A program made the position numbers and the translations under genes. The notes below the pieces were generated by a model. The model worked only from the letters and a program-made list of their open reading frames with translations, was not told the origin of the DNA and did no database searches. Positions 60,927 to 64,000 of a DNA stretch of 64,000 nt are shown here, piece by piece. How positions within the stretch are numbered: the first letter of the stretch is position 1; each line of letters starts with the position of its first letter. This DNA is from Scyliorhinus canicula (lineage: Eukaryota): contig NC_052147.1 of the NCBI RefSeq assembly GCF_902713615.1, positions 56,591,549 through 56,655,548 of the forward strand. The letters are read 5' to 3'.

Positions 60927-63888
60927 CATAGAACATTACAGTGCAGTACCCCAGGCCCTTCGGCCCTCGATGTTGCGCCGACCTGTGAAACCACTCAAAA
61001 GCCCATCTACACTATTCCCTTATCGTCCATATGCCTATCCAATGACCATTTGAATGCCATTGGTGTTGGCGAGTCCACTACTGTTGCAGGCAGGGCATTC
61101 CACGCCCTTACTACTCTCTGAGTAAAGAACCTACCTCTGACATCTGTCCTATATCTATCTCCCCTCAATTTAAAGCTATGTCCCCTCGTGCTAGACATCA
61201 CCATCTGAGGAAAAAGGCTCTCACTGTCCACCCTATCTAATCCTCTGATCATCTTGTATGCCTACATTAAGTCACCTCTTAACCTTCTTCTCTCTAATGA
61301 AAATAGCCTCAAGTCCCTCAGCCTTTCCTCATAAGATCTTCCCTCCATACCAGGCAGCATCCTGGTAAATCTCCTCTGCACCCTTTCCAATGCTTCCACG
61401 TCCTTCCTATAATGCGGCGACCAGAACTGCACGCAATACTCCAAATGCGGCCACACCAGAGTTTTGTACAACTGCAACATGACCTCATGGCTCCGAAACT
61501 CAATCCCTCTGCCAATAAAAGCTAACACACCGTACGCCTTCTTAACAACCCTCTCAACCTGGGTGGCAACTTTCAGGGATCTATGTACATGGACACCGAG
61601 ATCTCCCTGCTCATCCACACTACCAAGAATCTTACCATTAGCCCAGTGCTCTGTCTTCCTGTTATTCCTTCCAAAATGAATCACCTCACACTTTTCTACA
61701 TTAATCTCCATTTGCCACCTGTCAGCCCAGCTCTGCAGCTTATCTATGTCCCTCTAACTTGTAACATCCTTCCGCACTGTCCACAACTCCACCGACTTTG
61801 GTGTCATCTGCAAATTTACTCACCCATCCTTCTACGCCCTCCTCCAGGTCATTTATAAAAATGACAAACAGCAGTGGCCCCAAAACAGATCCTTGTGGTA
61901 CACCACTAGTAACTGGACTCCAGTCTGAACATTTCCCATCAACCACCACCCTTTGTCTTCTTCCAGCTAGCCAATTTCTGATCCAAACTGCTAAATCACC
62001 CTGAATCCCATGCCTCTGTATTTTCTGCAATAGCCTACCGTGGGGAACCTTCTCAAAAGCTTTACTGAAATCCATATACACCACATCAACTGCTTTACCC
62101 TCATCCACCTGTTTAGTCCCCTTCTCAAAGAACTCAATAAGGTTTGTGAGGCATGGCCTACCTTCACAAAACCATGTTGACTATCTCTAATCAAATTATT
62201 CCTTTCCTATATGATTATACATCCTATCTCTTATAAACCTTTCCAATACTTTGCCCACAACAGAAGTAAGGCTCACTGGTCTATAGTTACTAGGGTTGTC
62301 TCTACTCCCCTTCTTGAACAAGGGGACAACATTTTCTCTCCTCCAGTCTTCTGGCACTATTCCTGTAGACAAAGATGACTTAAAGATCAAAGCCAAAGGC
62401 TCAGCAATATTCTCCCTAGCTTCCCAGAGAATCCTAGGATAAATCCCATCCGGCCCAGGGGACTTGTCTATTTTAACACTTTCCAGAATTGCTAACACCT
62501 CCTCCTTATGAACCTCAAGCCCTTCTAGTCTAGTATTCTGTATCTCAGTATTCTCCTCGACAACATTGTCTTTTTCCTGTGTGAATACTGACAAAAAATA
62601 TTCATTTAGCACCTCTCCTATCTCCTCGGACTCCATGCACAACTTCCCACTACTGTCCTTGACTGGCCCTACTCTTATCCTAGTCATTCTTTTATTCCTG
62701 ACATATCTATAGAAAGCTTTAAGGTTATCCTTGATCCTACCTGCCAAAGACTTCTCATGTCCCCTCCTGGCTCTTCTTAGCTCTCTCTTTAGATCCTTCC
62801 TAGCTAACTTGTAACTCTCGAGCGAACCTTCACGTCTCATCTTTACATAAGCCTCCTTCTTCCTCTTGACAAGTGTTTCAACTGCTTTAGTAAACCACGG
62901 TTCCCTCGCTCGACCACTATTCCCTGCCTGACAGGTACATACTTATCAAGGACACGCAGTAGCTGTTCCTTGAACATGCTCCACATTTCCATTGTGCCCA
63001 TCCCCTGCAGTTTTCCTCTCCATCCGATGCATCCTAAGTCTTCCCTCATCGCATCATAATTGCCTTTGCCCCAGCTATAACTCTTGCCATGCAGTATATA
63101 CCTATCCCTTTCCATCGCTAAAGTAAACGTAATCGAATTGTGGTCACTATCACCAAAGTGCTCACCTACCTCCAAATCTAGCACCTGTCCTGGTTCGTTA
63201 CCCAGTACCAAATCCAATACGGCCTCGCCTCTCGTTGGCCTATCTATATACTGTCAGGAAATCCTCCTGCACACATTGGACAAAAACGGACCCATCTAAA
63301 GTACTCTAACTATAGTGTTTCCAGTCACTATTTGGAAAGTTAAAAGTCCCCCATAACAACTACCCTGTTATTTTCGCTCCTATCCAGAATCATCTTTGCA
63401 ATCCTTTCCCCTACATCTCTGGAACTTTTCGGAGGCCTATAGAAAACCCCTAACAGGGTGACCTCTCCTTTCCTGTTTCTAACCTCAGCCTATACTACCT
63501 CAGTAGACGAGTCCTCATCAAACGTCCTTTCTGCCACTGTAATACTGTCCTTGATTAACAATGCCACCCCTCCTCCTCTCTTACTATCTTCCCTGAGCTT
63601 ACTGAAATGTCTAAACCCTGGCACCTGCAACAACCATTCCTCGCCCTGCTCTATCCATGTCTCTGAAATGGCCACAACATCGAAGTCCCAGGTACCAACC
63701 CATGCCGCGAGTTCAACCACCTTATTCCGGATGCTCCTGGCATTGAAGTAGACGCACTTTAAACCACCTTCCTTCCTGTCGGTACACTCCTGCAACTTTG
63801 AAACCTTACTCATTACCTCACTACTCTCAACCTCCTGTATACTGGAGCTACAATTCAGGTTCCCAATCCCCTGCTGAACTAGTTTAAA
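60927..63888 (-). mobile_element. CR1 (HER1-like) LINE, near-complete ORF2 (endonuclease + RT), disrupted
   Basis: Motifs [50 protein letters not shown] and HLEYCVQFWSP across frameshifted ORFs. Its 3' tail is shared with HE1-type SINEs. Confidence 0.93.
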
Positions 63889-64000
63889 TCCTGTCTCCTC
63901 ACTATACCCTTAGATTGGCTCCTTCATCAATCAAAAACCTAACACTGCCTGAAAAATATTCAATGACCCTGCCTCCACTGTGCTCTGGGGAACAGAGTTC

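Overview
This is eukaryotic, intron-rich and repeat-rich genomic DNA, most likely from a shark (HE1-like V-SINEs, CR1/HER1-like, L1 and Rex1 LINEs). It has one assembly gap (20785-20925). Two genes share a CpG-rich, CCAAT-rich bidirectional promoter at about 11.5-12.0 kb. GPR137C is on the + strand and complete: 7 coding exons from 12006 to 56239, 1203 nt, 400 aa, with a 26-kb intron 1 and a ~3.9-kb 3' UTR. The 5' part of TXNDC16 is on the - strand, with a probable non-coding exon plus 3 coding exons, and runs off the left edge. The rest is mostly transposon-derived: a full-length degenerate Gypsy element with 227-bp LTRs, a second partial Gypsy element, L1, Rex1, CR1 and L2 LINE pieces, many SINEs, hAT- and Harbinger-like MITEs, and a UQCRH processed pseudogene with a 12-bp TSD. 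I see no novel protein-coding system. Two observations stand out. (1) The full-length Gypsy element has no tRNA primer site; that position is instead complementary to its own LTR, suggesting self-priming. (2) One SINE head carries three different 3' tails that match three different LINE clades, all present in this window. Gene and family names rest on recalled homologues, not database searches.
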